A DNA stretch of 64,000 nt, from assembly GCA_027492035.1 (NCBI GenBank), contig JAOZFT010000004.1:544001-608000 (forward strand), in the 5' to 3' direction. Positions 49,913 to 59,883 of this stretch are shown piece after piece. Positions within the stretch are counted from its first letter, which is position 1; each line of letters opens with the position of its first letter. The DNA is from Thermoproteota archaeon. Lineage in GTDB: Archaea; Korarchaeota; JAOZGF01; JAOZFZ01. The notes under the pieces are model-generated. The model had not been told where the DNA came from. It saw only the letters and a list, made by a program, of their open reading frames with translations, and did no database searches. Position numbers and translations under genes: made by a program.

Positions 49913-50713
49913 ATGGCTGTAGTCTATGTGGGGAGAGTGAAGGATAGAGTTGATTTCGTCACTAAAATATTAGAAATTTACCAAGAAGAAATTTCAAGAG
50001 TTAAGATGATATTTATAAAGCCGAACATTGTGTCTTATGAAAGTTACCCAACTACAACGCACCCTGAAGTTTTAAACGCTTTACTTTCTAAACTTGGAAA
50101 TAAAAAGGTTGTGGTTGGGGATGGACCTGCCTTTGATGCAGGGGATTCAAGGAAAATTATTGAAGAACACCCGTTGAAAAGGGTTTGCGATAAGTTTAAT
50201 GTTCCCTTAATTGATTTAAACAGCAGCGAAATGGTGAAGGTTAGGAGTGGCAGAGGTTATGGTTTAAAAGTTTCTGTGATTCCTTTCAAGTTCGAATATT
50301 TTATTTCTCTCCCTGTTTTAAAGGTTCATAAAGTTTGCGGTTTAACTGGGGCTTTAAAAAACCAGTTTGGACTGGTTTCAAAATGGGACAGGATCAAGAT
50401 GCATGCAAAGATTAAAGACATCCATAAAGGAATAGCTGAACTGAACTCTGTAATTAACCCAGACTTATTGATTATGGACGCTGTAGAAACCCTTTTAAAT
50501 GCTCAAGAAGTAAGACACGGAGGAAAAAAAGCAAAGTTAGGGTACATGCTTGCCGGAAAAGACCCTGTGGCTTTGGACACTGTAGGGCTTCAATTACTGT
50601 CAAGAATTGAACCTAAACTTAAAGGAAAGAAACCTGAAGATATAAAGTCCATAAGTTACGCTGCACAAATAGGGGTGGGAGACAGTGAATTCACACTGGA
50701 AAATGTAAATTAG
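49913..50713 (+). CDS. DUF362 domain protein
   Basis: IFIKPN, TTHPEV, VVGDGP, ISLPVLKVH, TGALKN.FG, DPVALD. Confidence 0.9.
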   Translation: MAVVYVGRVKDRVDFVTKILEIYQEEISRVKMIFIKPNIVSYESYPTTTHPEVLNALLSKLGNKKVVVGDGPAFDAGDSRKIIEEHPLKRVCDKFNVPLIDLNSSEMVKVRSGRGYGLKVSVIPFKFEYFISLPVLKVHKVCGLTGALKNQFGLVSKWDRIKMHAKIKDIHKGIAELNSVINPDLLIMDAVETLLNAQEVRHGGKKAKLGYMLAGKDPVALDTVGLQLLSRIEPKLKGKKPEDIKSISYAAQIGVGDSEFTLENVN

Positions 50714-51006
50714 AGCTTAATTAGTTTCTATTCTAGAATTTATTTAAAGAATAGTTTATGAACATTTAGGAAAACACGGAAAATTTATTGTTAAGTATTT
50801 GTTAAATGGAAACAACTTTTCGCTTTGCTCAATACTTATTTCAGACGTTTTCCTTCACATATCATTAAAGTTTCCTTTGCAGAGTCCTTAAAAACAACAC
50901 TTTCTTAATTGAAAGCTGGATTGCATGGAAGAGCTGGAAAAAAATAAGAAAGAACTGTTTTTGTATTGTGAAGCAGTAACAGCGGCAGTAAATATGTGTC
51001 AGAGGA

Positions 51007-51699
51007 TCAAGTAATTGAAGGCAACACCTTGATTCTGTACTGGTAAGATATACATCTTTTTAAGACTGGATCAATCATTTCAATTTGGAAACTTTCTGGA
51101 AATTGAAGTTTCCCTGTAACTGTTGGAATTGTCCCTGAAAAAATAATTAATCCTTTTTTACTTAGTTTGTCTCTATCGACTATCTCAAGAAATTTTTTCG
51201 GTGGAAGTAAAGTTTTGAGTGCAGATTTTTGGTAAAGTATTTTTTCACCGTTAAGTTTAATTATGCTTTTAAGTATTATTTTATCCCAATGGCCTTCAAC
51301 GTCTTTGTAACGCCAAACTATTGGAGCTATAATTTTAGGATATGCTTGTTTAGCTTTTTCCACACTTAATTTTTCAAGGCTTCTATCTGTGTGGTCGCTT
51401 CCTACTGTGACATACTTTATGTTTTCATCTACAAAAAGTACATATTCAACTTCTCCATTGGTGAATTTATGTTGAACCTCAACTTCATCGAGAGTATTTA
51501 TTAAATATGTACTGACAGGGAAGACAATAGGTGTTTTCTTAGGCTTAGGCACTCCTGTTTTAGCAAGTTCCTCAATGTGTTTCTTAACTTCAGTTTGATT
51601 TCTTCCACTCCACCCACCTAAGAGAAGAAGGTTAATTTTAAAGTTGACAGGTTTCAAGTGACAGTTACCATCTAAAACATAGATTCTCAATGTTCTCAA
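51007..51699 (-). CDS. DUF2848 family protein (FAH superfamily)
   Basis: GWSGRN...HIEEL...GVP.P, GEVE, VTVGSDHTDR.LE, KQAYPK, FSGT. Confidence 0.85.
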   Translation of the reverse strand: MRTLRIYVLDGNCHLKPVNFKINLLLLGGWSGRNQTEVKKHIEELAKTGVPKPKKTPIVFPVSTYLINTLDEVEVQHKFTNGEVEYVLFVDENIKYVTVGSDHTDRSLEKLSVEKAKQAYPKIIAPIVWRYKDVEGHWDKIILKSIIKLNGEKILYQKSALKTLLPPKKFLEIVDRDKLSKKGLIIFSGTIPTVTGKLQFPESFQIEMIDPVLKRCISYQYRIKVLPSIT

Positions 51700-51787
51700 A
51701 ATTCAAAACCTCCCTTTAAACCTGTTTAAAGGATTTTGTTGAAGGGAATAAATTATGAAAGACCAAGGTTAAACTAAATAGAAGAAT

Positions 51788-52489
51788 TCAATGCTTTGAA
51801 AGAGTTACTTCCATTTCCGGCTTACCCGTGATAAGATAAAGTGTTTCAAAGAAAAATTTTTTCTCTCTCAAGACTTTACATTTAATTCCAACTTTCTTGC
51901 AGATTTCAAGTGTTTTTTCTAAATTGTTCAGACTTGAATGAACAAAAACAATTTTTCCCTTTTTTCTTAAATAACTAGGGGCTTTTTCAAGGAATGTATC
52001 AATAATTTCTCTTCCCCCACACCCTCCCGACCAAGCTAGTGAGAGATAATCTCCTTTATTTGGTTTAATTGGTAAATATGGCGGATTAAACGTTATCAGG
52101 TCAAATTTTTCTTTTTTAACAGGTTCGAAAAGGTTTCCAAGTTTAAATGTTATTTTTCGTGCCACTTTATTAATTGAAGCGTTTAGTTTTAAACAATTTC
52201 CGCTTTTAGGATTTATATCTGTAGCGGTAACCGTAAACCCTTTCTTTGCCAATAAAACAGCAATTACTCCTGTTCCTGTACCCAAATCTAAAGCTTTTCT
52301 TTGTTCATTTTTTAGGGAGGGTTTTAAGGAGGAGAGGTAGTCAAAAATTAAGAAAGTGTCATCTGAAGGTTTATAGACTTGTTTACACGGCAATATTTTC
52401 AAATCACCGATTTTTATCAATTTTTCATTTTCACTTTGGCTACTTTGCTTAACTTCTCGATCTTGACCGAAAAGTTTTTTAGATTGCAA
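51788..52489 (-). CDS. HemK2/MTQ2-type protein-glutamine methyltransferase
   Basis: VYKPSDDT, LDLGTGTG, FNPPY, WSGG..GR, FFFETL. Confidence 0.88.
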   Translation of the reverse strand: MQSKKLFGQDREVKQSSQSENEKLIKIGDLKILPCKQVYKPSDDTFLIFDYLSSLKPSLKNEQRKALDLGTGTGVIAVLLAKKGFTVTATDINPKSGNCLKLNASINKVARKITFKLGNLFEPVKKEKFDLITFNPPYLPIKPNKGDYLSLAWSGGCGGREIIDTFLEKAPSYLRKKGKIVFVHSSLNNLEKTLEICKKVGIKCKVLREKKFFFETLYLITGKPEMEVTLSKH

Positions 52490-53396
52490 GGTGTTTTCCT
52501 CCCAGTTCCAAGGAAAGTGGAATTTTACAGGTTAGAAATAGCTCTTTTGCTTTAAATGAAAAATAGAACAACCCTTTGTTACTCTTTTATTATGCAGGCG
52601 TTTTATTTTTAATTCATGATTTTTTATAATTTAAGTAAATAGGAAAGGTAAGGATATTTACTTAAGAAGATTTAGTTAGTTTTTATAGGTTTTTGAGTAG
52701 TAACCCTTTAAGGATGAAACCTTTACCCTTTAAAGTAAAGGTAGAGACTCTAGTTAATAATTACTTGTTTAGTTAAAAGGGAAGGAACTGAGAAATTAAG
52801 CTGTTATGGTTCGGAAATTTGAGCAAAGGTAAGGGAGACAAGCAAAACATAGAAAGGAACAAATGTTTCGTTTAGTATAGAGAGTTTCCCAGAAGACCCG
52901 TTGAAAAGATGTTTAGAAGATGTATAGCCGCTTTAGTTAAGTTGTTGCTAAAATTCTCTTCCTCCTTTCGGTTCAAGGATATTGACTTTTGTCTCTTCAA
53001 CAGGTAACAGCTTATGTTGAGTAGTTAACCAGTTAACTTCTTCCTTCTTAACTGTTTCGTTAACTGCTTCCTCAATGTTTAACCATTCAATTAACTATGT
53101 TATCAATATTAAACCAGAATTATCCACGTAACCTGATATAGCTTCCCTCCCTCCTTGAAGAGATTATTCTAGAACCTAATCACATTAATTTAAAGGTTGT
53201 TCTATTTTTTCTCTTTAAGGTTTTCGGAGCACGTAGAAACTATCATAATTCTTCTTGCTTAAAACTAGAAATTTACATAAGTTTTTACGTATTAATAAAC
53301 TTTTTAAGAGAAGGGTTTTTCTTGTTAAACAAAAAAATGTAAAAAATAAATAGGTTTTAAATTACTCTTCTCGCTTAAAAATTGAGGAAGGTGTAA

Positions 53397-54779
53397 ATGG
53401 TAATGAGTAAGAAGGTATCGGTTGAAGAGCTTCTTAAAAAGGCTGAAAAACCAAGTAAGTTAGCTTTAGCTTACCACCCCTTCTATGAAGGGAAGCTTCA
53501 AGTGATGCCTAAATGCGCCATAAGGAGCGCCTACGACTTTGCAATTTGGTATACTCCTGGAGTTGCAGCACCATGTAAAGAAATAAAGAAAAACAAGGAT
53601 TTAGTTTTCGAACATACAAACAGGTGGAACTATGTAGCAGTGGTTAGTGACGGGACAAGGGTCCTAGGTTTGGGTGACATTGGTGCAGAAGCCGGTTTAC
53701 CGGTCATGGAAGGTAAAGCAATACTTTTCAAGTACTTAGGGGGAGTGGATGCTTTTCCTATTATGTTAGGGACAAAAGACCCGGATGAAATAATTACAGC
53801 CCTCCAATGGCTTGAACCCACCTTTGGAGGGGTAAACCTAGAGGATATATCAAAACCTAAGTGTTTCTACATCCTTGAAAAAGCTAGGGAAAAACTTGAA
53901 ATCCCTGTTTGGCATGATGATCAGCAAGGAACAGCCACTATTGTGTATGCAGGATTAATCAATGCCTTAAAAATTGTGGGGAAAAAACTTCCAGAAGTTG
54001 AAATAGCAATTGTGGGTGTAGGTGCTGCTAACACAAGAACAGCCATAATTTTAGAAAAAGCAGGCGCAAACCCTAAAAACATGATCATGGTTGACAGCAA
54101 AGGTATTCTTCACTCAGGAAGGAAAGATCTTGAAGCTGAAAAAGATAAGAACCCTTGGAAATGGGATTTCTGTTTAAAAACAAATTCTGAAGGAAGAACG
54201 GGTGGTTTACCTGAAGCTTTGAAAGGGGTTGACGTAGTTATCGCTGCTTCTAAACCAGGACCTGGAACAATCAAAAAGGAGTGGGTTGCTGAAATGGCTG
54301 ACGACGCAATTGTCTTTGCATGTGCAAACCCTATACCTGAAATTTGGCCTTGGGAAGCAAAGGAAGCAGGTGCAAAAATAATAGCTACTGGAAGAAGTGA
54401 CTTTCCAAATCAAATAAACAACTCTTTAGGTTTTCCTGGAATATTCAGGGGGGTTCTGGATGTTAAAGCGAAAACAGTTACAGATGAAATGTGCATTGCA
54501 GCCGGTAATGAATTAGCTAAGTTTGCTGAGGAGAAAGGAATTCACGAAGACTATATTGTACCCACAATGCAGGAGTGGGAAGTTTATCCTAGGGAGGCTG
54601 TAGCTTGTGCATTAAAATCAATTGAAGACGGTGTAGCCAGGGTTAAACTTAGTCGTCAGGAGCTTTACGACAGAGCCTTTGCAATAATTAAAAACGCTAG
54701 GGAATCAACTAAAGTTTTAATGAGGGAAGGATTAATTAAACCGCCTCCTCCAGAAGAAGAGATTTTAAAGAAGCATTAA
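53397..54779 (+). CDS. NAD(P)-dependent malic enzyme
   Basis: YTPGVA, LGLGDIG, PVMEGK, NLEDI, HDDQQGTA, ANP.PE, ATGRSDFPNQINN. Confidence 0.96.
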   Translation: MVMSKKVSVEELLKKAEKPSKLALAYHPFYEGKLQVMPKCAIRSAYDFAIWYTPGVAAPCKEIKKNKDLVFEHTNRWNYVAVVSDGTRVLGLGDIGAEAGLPVMEGKAILFKYLGGVDAFPIMLGTKDPDEIITALQWLEPTFGGVNLEDISKPKCFYILEKAREKLEIPVWHDDQQGTATIVYAGLINALKIVGKKLPEVEIAIVGVGAANTRTAIILEKAGANPKNMIMVDSKGILHSGRKDLEAEKDKNPWKWDFCLKTNSEGRTGGLPEALKGVDVVIAASKPGPGTIKKEWVAEMADDAIVFACANPIPEIWPWEAKEAGAKIIATGRSDFPNQINNSLGFPGIFRGVLDVKAKTVTDEMCIAAGNELAKFAEEKGIHEDYIVPTMQEWEVYPREAVACALKSIEDGVARVKLSRQELYDRAFAIIKNARESTKVLMREGLIKPPPPEEEILKKH

Positions 54780-54846
54780 ACCCCCCTTTCCTCTTTTAAA
54801 CATAAAAGAAAGTAATTCTTTAATTTTTTTAAGGGAGAGTCCTGGT

Positions 54847-55596
54847 TTGGAAGATGTTAACATCGTTTTCTTCGACTTAGATGAAACCCTTTACAATTAC
54901 GGTGCAGTTAGGCTCAAAGCCACTTTGCAAGTAGCTGAGCATGTTGAGGAACTAGGTTTGGTGGAAGCTGGAAAATTCATTTCAGTTCATCAAAAAATTT
55001 GGAAGGAAATTTACAGGAAATACAAAGGTAAATGTGAAATGTTTAATAGGGAAATACGTTTCAGAGAAGTTTTTAGGGAATTAAAGGTTCCAGTAAAAAC
55101 TAAACTTATTAAGGAACTTGCTAATTTGTTTTGGAGCAAGGTTTATGAGGAAATGAAGCCTTACCGGGATGTGAAACCGTGTCTTGAGGCTTTAAAAAGA
55201 GAAGGGGTTAAAATAGGTTTAATTTCAGATGGTTACGTAAAAATTCAGGCGAAAAAACTCGAAGCTTTAAAGATAAGGAAGTATTTCGACGTTGAAACGT
55301 ATTCAGAGGAAGTTGGCGAAAATAAACCCTCCAAAAAAATTTTCCTTTTAGCTTTAAAGAAAGCAGGTTTACCGGCTGAGGAAGCGGTAATGGTTGGAGA
55401 TAACTTAAAAACGGATATCCTAGGGGCTAAAAAAACAGGTTTAAAAACTATCCTTGTTAAAAGAGGAATATTTAAAGATTTAAAACCTGAAAATGAATGG
55501 GAAGAGCCTGACTTCATAATTAACGAATTAACGGAAACCCCAAAAATCATAAAAGGAATGAAAAGTTTTAGGAAATCCTTAAAACTTGGCCGTTAA
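54847..55596 (+). CDS. HAD superfamily hydrolase (YjjG-like)
   Basis: FFDLDETL, ISDG, KP, MVGDNLKTDILGA. Confidence 0.92.
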   Translation: MEDVNIVFFDLDETLYNYGAVRLKATLQVAEHVEELGLVEAGKFISVHQKIWKEIYRKYKGKCEMFNREIRFREVFRELKVPVKTKLIKELANLFWSKVYEEMKPYRDVKPCLEALKREGVKIGLISDGYVKIQAKKLEALKIRKYFDVETYSEEVGENKPSKKIFLLALKKAGLPAEEAVMVGDNLKTDILGAKKTGLKTILVKRGIFKDLKPENEWEEPDFIINELTETPKIIKGMKSFRKSLKLGR

Positions 55597-55691
55597 ATAA
55601 GATATAAAAGAGAAACTTAAGTTAGTGATCAAAAAAGGTTTAGGAATGCTAGAAAAGTAAAAAGGGAATGGTTAAAGGTAATAAAAGGGTT

Positions 55692-56384
55692 TCACTTCTC
55701 TTTCTCTAGAATCACTACTTCGCAAATGTTTGAAGCCTTAGAACGGAAAGTTTCAGCGTCAGTTTTTTCCCCTACAATTGCTCCGTAATGCATTGGAATC
55801 GCTACCTTCGGTTTTATCCTTTTAACTGCTTCAACAGCTTCATCTGGGGTCATTACATATGTTCCGCTCACCGGCAGCAAAGCTACGTCTATTTCCCCAA
55901 GGTTACTCATTTCACTTATTAGGTCTGTGTCCCCTGCATGGTAAATTTTTATGTTTCCGATTTTCAAAATAAACCCTACCCCGTTATATTCTTTCGGATG
56001 GAAAACTTGCCCTGGGGCACGGAACTTGTTTACATTGTAGGCTGGAACAGCCCTTATTTCCACTCCTTTAACCGTTGCCTCCTCTCCAGGTTTTAAATAC
56101 TTTACTTCCTCCACTTTTAAACCCTTAATTTTTCCTTTACAGTTTATTGAAGCTATAATTACAGTGTCCTCCTTAACCACTTTTTTTATGTCTTCTAAAC
56201 TTAAGTGGTCAAAGTGTTCATGGCCCACAGTAACAACGTCAGCTTTTTCTTCCTGAGAAGGAATCCTGAACGGGTCTGTGTAAATTGTTTTATCATCAGT
56301 AATTCTGAAACAATCGTGCTCTAAATAGAAAAACTTTACACCTTTATATTCAAACACCACGTTTCCACCTCTACGGAAAAACAA
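55692..56384 (-). CDS. MBL-fold metallohydrolase
   Basis: IYTDP, HEHFDH, VPAYN, YHAGDT, PMHYG. Confidence 0.9.
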   Translation of the reverse strand: MFFRRGGNVVFEYKGVKFFYLEHDCFRITDDKTIYTDPFRIPSQEEKADVVTVGHEHFDHLSLEDIKKVVKEDTVIIASINCKGKIKGLKVEEVKYLKPGEEATVKGVEIRAVPAYNVNKFRAPGQVFHPKEYNGVGFILKIGNIKIYHAGDTDLISEMSNLGEIDVALLPVSGTYVMTPDEAVEAVKRIKPKVAIPMHYGAIVGEKTDAETFRSKASNICEVVILEKEK

Positions 56385-56500
56385 AAACTTTTTCTACATT
56401 TTTCTTTATTTTTTTAAGTTAACTTTTTAGCTGATTTCCTTCTTTAATTTTTCTAGTTTTAAAAACGAGTTTTTAAAAAATGTTATGGTCGTGTTGGTTT

Positions 56501-57007
56501 ATGGTTACTTTCATTGCTGACGGTATGCTTGGTAGAATAGCTAAGTTTTTGAGATTAGCAGGTTACGACACATTGTTTGCAGGGGAAAACCTTAAGGATA
56601 AGGAAGTAATTAAAGTTGCGTTTAAGGATGAAAGAATTCTTTTAACAAAGGATAAAAAACTTTATTTAGAAGCTATAAAAAATGGGGTTGACGCATTTCT
56701 TGTTTCTGAAAAGGGCTTCTTTTCATCTATAGCTGAAATAGCTGTGAATTATGGTTTAAACTTAAATTTTAAACCTGACACTTCAAGATGCCCAAAATGT
56801 AATCACCCTGTAAGGAAAACAGAACCTTGGGAAGTTAAAGGGAGAGTTCCGGAAAAGACTTTTTTGAAGCAGAAAGTTTACTGGGTATGCGATAACTGCG
56901 GCCAAATTTACTGGCTTGGATCTCACTGGATAAACATTAAAAAGGAGGAAAAAGAAATTCAAAAAAGAATTGAAAGGCTAAAGAGTCAGAGAAGAATAAA
57001 TCATTAA
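56501..57007 (+). CDS. Mut7-C RNase (PIN-like + Zn ribbon) protein
   Basis: FIADGMLGRIAKFLRLAGYDT, LLTKD, RCPKCN, CDNCGQIYWLGSH. Confidence 0.92.
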   Translation: MVTFIADGMLGRIAKFLRLAGYDTLFAGENLKDKEVIKVAFKDERILLTKDKKLYLEAIKNGVDAFLVSEKGFFSSIAEIAVNYGLNLNFKPDTSRCPKCNHPVRKTEPWEVKGRVPEKTFLKQKVYWVCDNCGQIYWLGSHWINIKKEEKEIQKRIERLKSQRRINH

Positions 57008-57236
57008 CTAAAAATTTTTTAGGTCCACAGTAGAAAAGTGTTTGACTTAAAACTTTCAGGTGTTCAAAAGGTTTCAGGAATTAAATTTGTTGTCAAGGGA
57101 AGTAGATGAAAATTTAGTCAATTCATGCTTATTTAAGGTGGGGAAGTAATTTTATTTTTGGAAAAATGTAAGATGCATGAAGGAAACTAGAAAATAAAGT
57201 CAAGACTGTTCTTTAATAAGGCTTTTTTAAAGAGGA

Positions 57237-58937
57237 TTGGGAAACTTGACTCTCTTTATTTCATTAACTGAAACCTGTCAAAAAATAGCTTCTACTTCAA
57301 GTAGACTTGAAAAAATGAGGATTCTTAATGACTTTCTTCGAAAATTAAGCAGGGAAGAAATTAAACCAGCTATAAACCTGATTTTAGGAAGAATAGCGGG
57401 GAAGGGTGAGATAAAGACAGGAATAAGTTCAGGCATTATTTTATCTGCTTTAAAAAAGGTTTTAGGTGATAATTTTAAGTTTAGAGACAAATGTAAAGAA
57501 TCAGCTGATTTAGGTGAATACGTTGAATGTCTCCTTAAAAGTTTTAAACCTGTAAAGCAGCAGGTTTTTCTAGAAACAACTTATAGCTTAAAGGGCATCT
57601 ACGAAGTCTTGAGGAAAGCCTTTCTTTTGAAAGGGAAGAAATCCAAGGAGAAAAAGGAGGAAATCGTTGCTTCCCTCTTAACGAACTTGACACCTTCAGA
57701 ATCTAAGTACTTGGTAAACATTATTTTAGGCGATTTAAGAATAGGGTTGGAGGAAGGAACTGTAGAGCAGGCTTTGGCTAAGCTTTTAAACTTAAACATT
57801 GAAACTGTAAAGAGGGCTAACATGTTGCTTGGAGATATAAGTGAAACTGTTTATTTAGGGTTAACCGACAAGAAATCTCTACTGACTGCAAAAATACAGC
57901 TCTTCAAACCAATAAAACCAATGTTGGCTGAAACCGCTGAAAATCTAAAAGAAATATTTGATGAAATGCATGGTCCTGTGTCTCTTGAACCTAAACTAGA
58001 TGGTGCGAGGGTTCAAATTCACCATTCTAAGGGAAAAACAAAAATATTTACTAGAAGACTTTCAGAAGTAACTAATAGCTTACCTGAAATAATCACCTTA
58101 ACGAAACAAGAATTCACTTCTGCCGATTACATCGTGGAGGGGGAGGTTGTTGCTGTTTCAAGAAAGGGAGAAATTCTTCCATTTAATTACTTGATGCGGA
58201 GGTTTAGAAGAACAAAGGAAATAACAGAAATATCTGAAAAAATTAAACTTAAACTTTTTCTCTTCGACATTCTTTACTACCAAGGGAAGCAACTCATAGA
58301 CGCTCCGTATGAACAACGCAGAGAAAAACTTGTTGGAGAATTTGGGAGAGAGAACGTGGTTCCTGCTTTATTAACCAAAAACGACAAAAAAGCTGAAGAG
58401 TTCTTTTTAAACTGTGTCAAGGAGGGACATGAAGGAGTAATGGCTAAAAACCCTAAATCAATTTATGAACCGGGTAAAAGAGGAAAAAACTGGCTTAAAT
58501 TAAAGAAAACACTTACTTTAGACTTAGTTATAGTGGGAGCCCAATGGGGTTACGGTAGAAGGAGGAAATGGTTAAGTGACTATTTCTTAGCTGTGTGGAA
58601 CGAAAGTAAAACAGACCTACTGATTGTGGGAAAAACATTTAAGGGGTTGACCGACCAAGAATTCGAATGGATAACCAAGAAACTCCTAGAAAAAAAGTTA
58701 AGGGAAAAGGGGTACGTTGTCTGGGTTAAACCTGAAATAGTGGTTGAAACGGCTTTTAATGAAATCCAGAAATCTAAACTTTACCCTTCAGGCTACGTCT
58801 TAAGGTTTGCAAGAATAAAAAATATAAGGTTTGATAAAGAATTGAAAGAAGCTGACACAATAAAGGAAGTGAAGAAAATATTTGAAACGCAGAAAAAGAG
58901 AAACCTTGAAAAAATATGGAGGAGCTTCTCAGCTTAA
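57237..58937 (+). CDS. lig: ATP-dependent DNA ligase
   Basis: PMLA, motif I EPKLDGAR, EGE, FDIL, EGVMAK, WLKLK, DLVIVG, LRFAR. Confidence 0.96.
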   Translation: MGNLTLFISLTETCQKIASTSSRLEKMRILNDFLRKLSREEIKPAINLILGRIAGKGEIKTGISSGIILSALKKVLGDNFKFRDKCKESADLGEYVECLLKSFKPVKQQVFLETTYSLKGIYEVLRKAFLLKGKKSKEKKEEIVASLLTNLTPSESKYLVNIILGDLRIGLEEGTVEQALAKLLNLNIETVKRANMLLGDISETVYLGLTDKKSLLTAKIQLFKPIKPMLAETAENLKEIFDEMHGPVSLEPKLDGARVQIHHSKGKTKIFTRRLSEVTNSLPEIITLTKQEFTSADYIVEGEVVAVSRKGEILPFNYLMRRFRRTKEITEISEKIKLKLFLFDILYYQGKQLIDAPYEQRREKLVGEFGRENVVPALLTKNDKKAEEFFLNCVKEGHEGVMAKNPKSIYEPGKRGKNWLKLKKTLTLDLVIVGAQWGYGRRRKWLSDYFLAVWNESKTDLLIVGKTFKGLTDQEFEWITKKLLEKKLREKGYVVWVKPEIVVETAFNEIQKSKLYPSGYVLRFARIKNIRFDKELKEADTIKEVKKIFETQKKRNLEKIWRSFSA

Positions 58938-58973
58938 ACCTTTAAAACCCATGAATTAAAACTTTCTCTATAG

Positions 58974-59870
58974 GTGTTCTCCATAGGTGGGTGGATGTTT
59001 TCTTTCAGAAAAAAGGTAAAAACCTACTGGGATTTATTTAGGTTTGAACATGGGTTAATGATGGGTTTAGGTGTACTCATAGGTTACTTTGCTTCTTCAC
59101 CTGCAAAGGTCGAGTTCCTTACTTTATCCAAAGGGTTTTTTGTGGCTCTATTTCTTGAAATGGCAGGTTTCGCCTTAAACGATTATTTTGACTACTTAGT
59201 TGATTTGGAAAATAAAAGATTTGACAGGCCTCTTATTAGAGGGGAGATCAGAAAGGAACAAATAATTCCTATTTCGATTTTCCTTTTTTCCCTTGGGTTA
59301 AGCGTTTCACTTACTATCAACTTCCTAGCTTTCATTTTCTCTTTAATACTAGCTATACTGGCTATACTGTACGATTGGAAAGTTAAAAAAAGGAAATATC
59401 TAGGAAACCAATACATAGCAGTAACAATGGCTGCCCCCTTCCTTTTTGGAAGCTTAATTTCGACAGGTAGGTTTGTGTCTGTTACAATAATTTTGGCCTC
59501 TATGGCTTATTTAGTAGGTGTTGGGAGAGAAATAATGAAGGATGTTGTAGATTTAGATGGTGACGTGAAACAGGGAATAACGTCTCTGCCTTCAGTTCTA
59601 GGTGTAAAAAATTCTTTAAAGATTGCTTCTGTTTTGTTGTTCAGCAGCACTCTCCTAAGCCCTGTCCCTTTAACACTTACCGACACTGCCTACTACATGA
59701 ACCCTCTATACGCTGTTCCTGTTTCAATAACTGATTTAGGTTTAATCTATACAAGTTTTGAGACATGGAGGTACATAGAGAAAAGGAAACTGAACGATTT
59801 AAGGAAAGAAACCTTAATTATTCTAATTATAGGCTTAATAGGTTTCTTTTTAGGAGCCTTTAGACTTTAA
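58974..59870 (+). CDS. UbiA family prenyltransferase, digeranylgeranylglyceryl phosphate synthase-like
   Basis: NDYFD..VD..N...RP...G, GN, REIMKDVVD..GD; multiple TM. Confidence 0.87.
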   Translation: MFSIGGWMFSFRKKVKTYWDLFRFEHGLMMGLGVLIGYFASSPAKVEFLTLSKGFFVALFLEMAGFALNDYFDYLVDLENKRFDRPLIRGEIRKEQIIPISIFLFSLGLSVSLTINFLAFIFSLILAILAILYDWKVKKRKYLGNQYIAVTMAAPFLFGSLISTGRFVSVTIILASMAYLVGVGREIMKDVVDLDGDVKQGITSLPSVLGVKNSLKIASVLLFSSTLLSPVPLTLTDTAYYMNPLYAVPVSITDLGLIYTSFETWRYIEKRKLNDLRKETLIILIIGLIGFFLGAFRL

Positions 59871-59883
59871 AAACTTTCATTAT

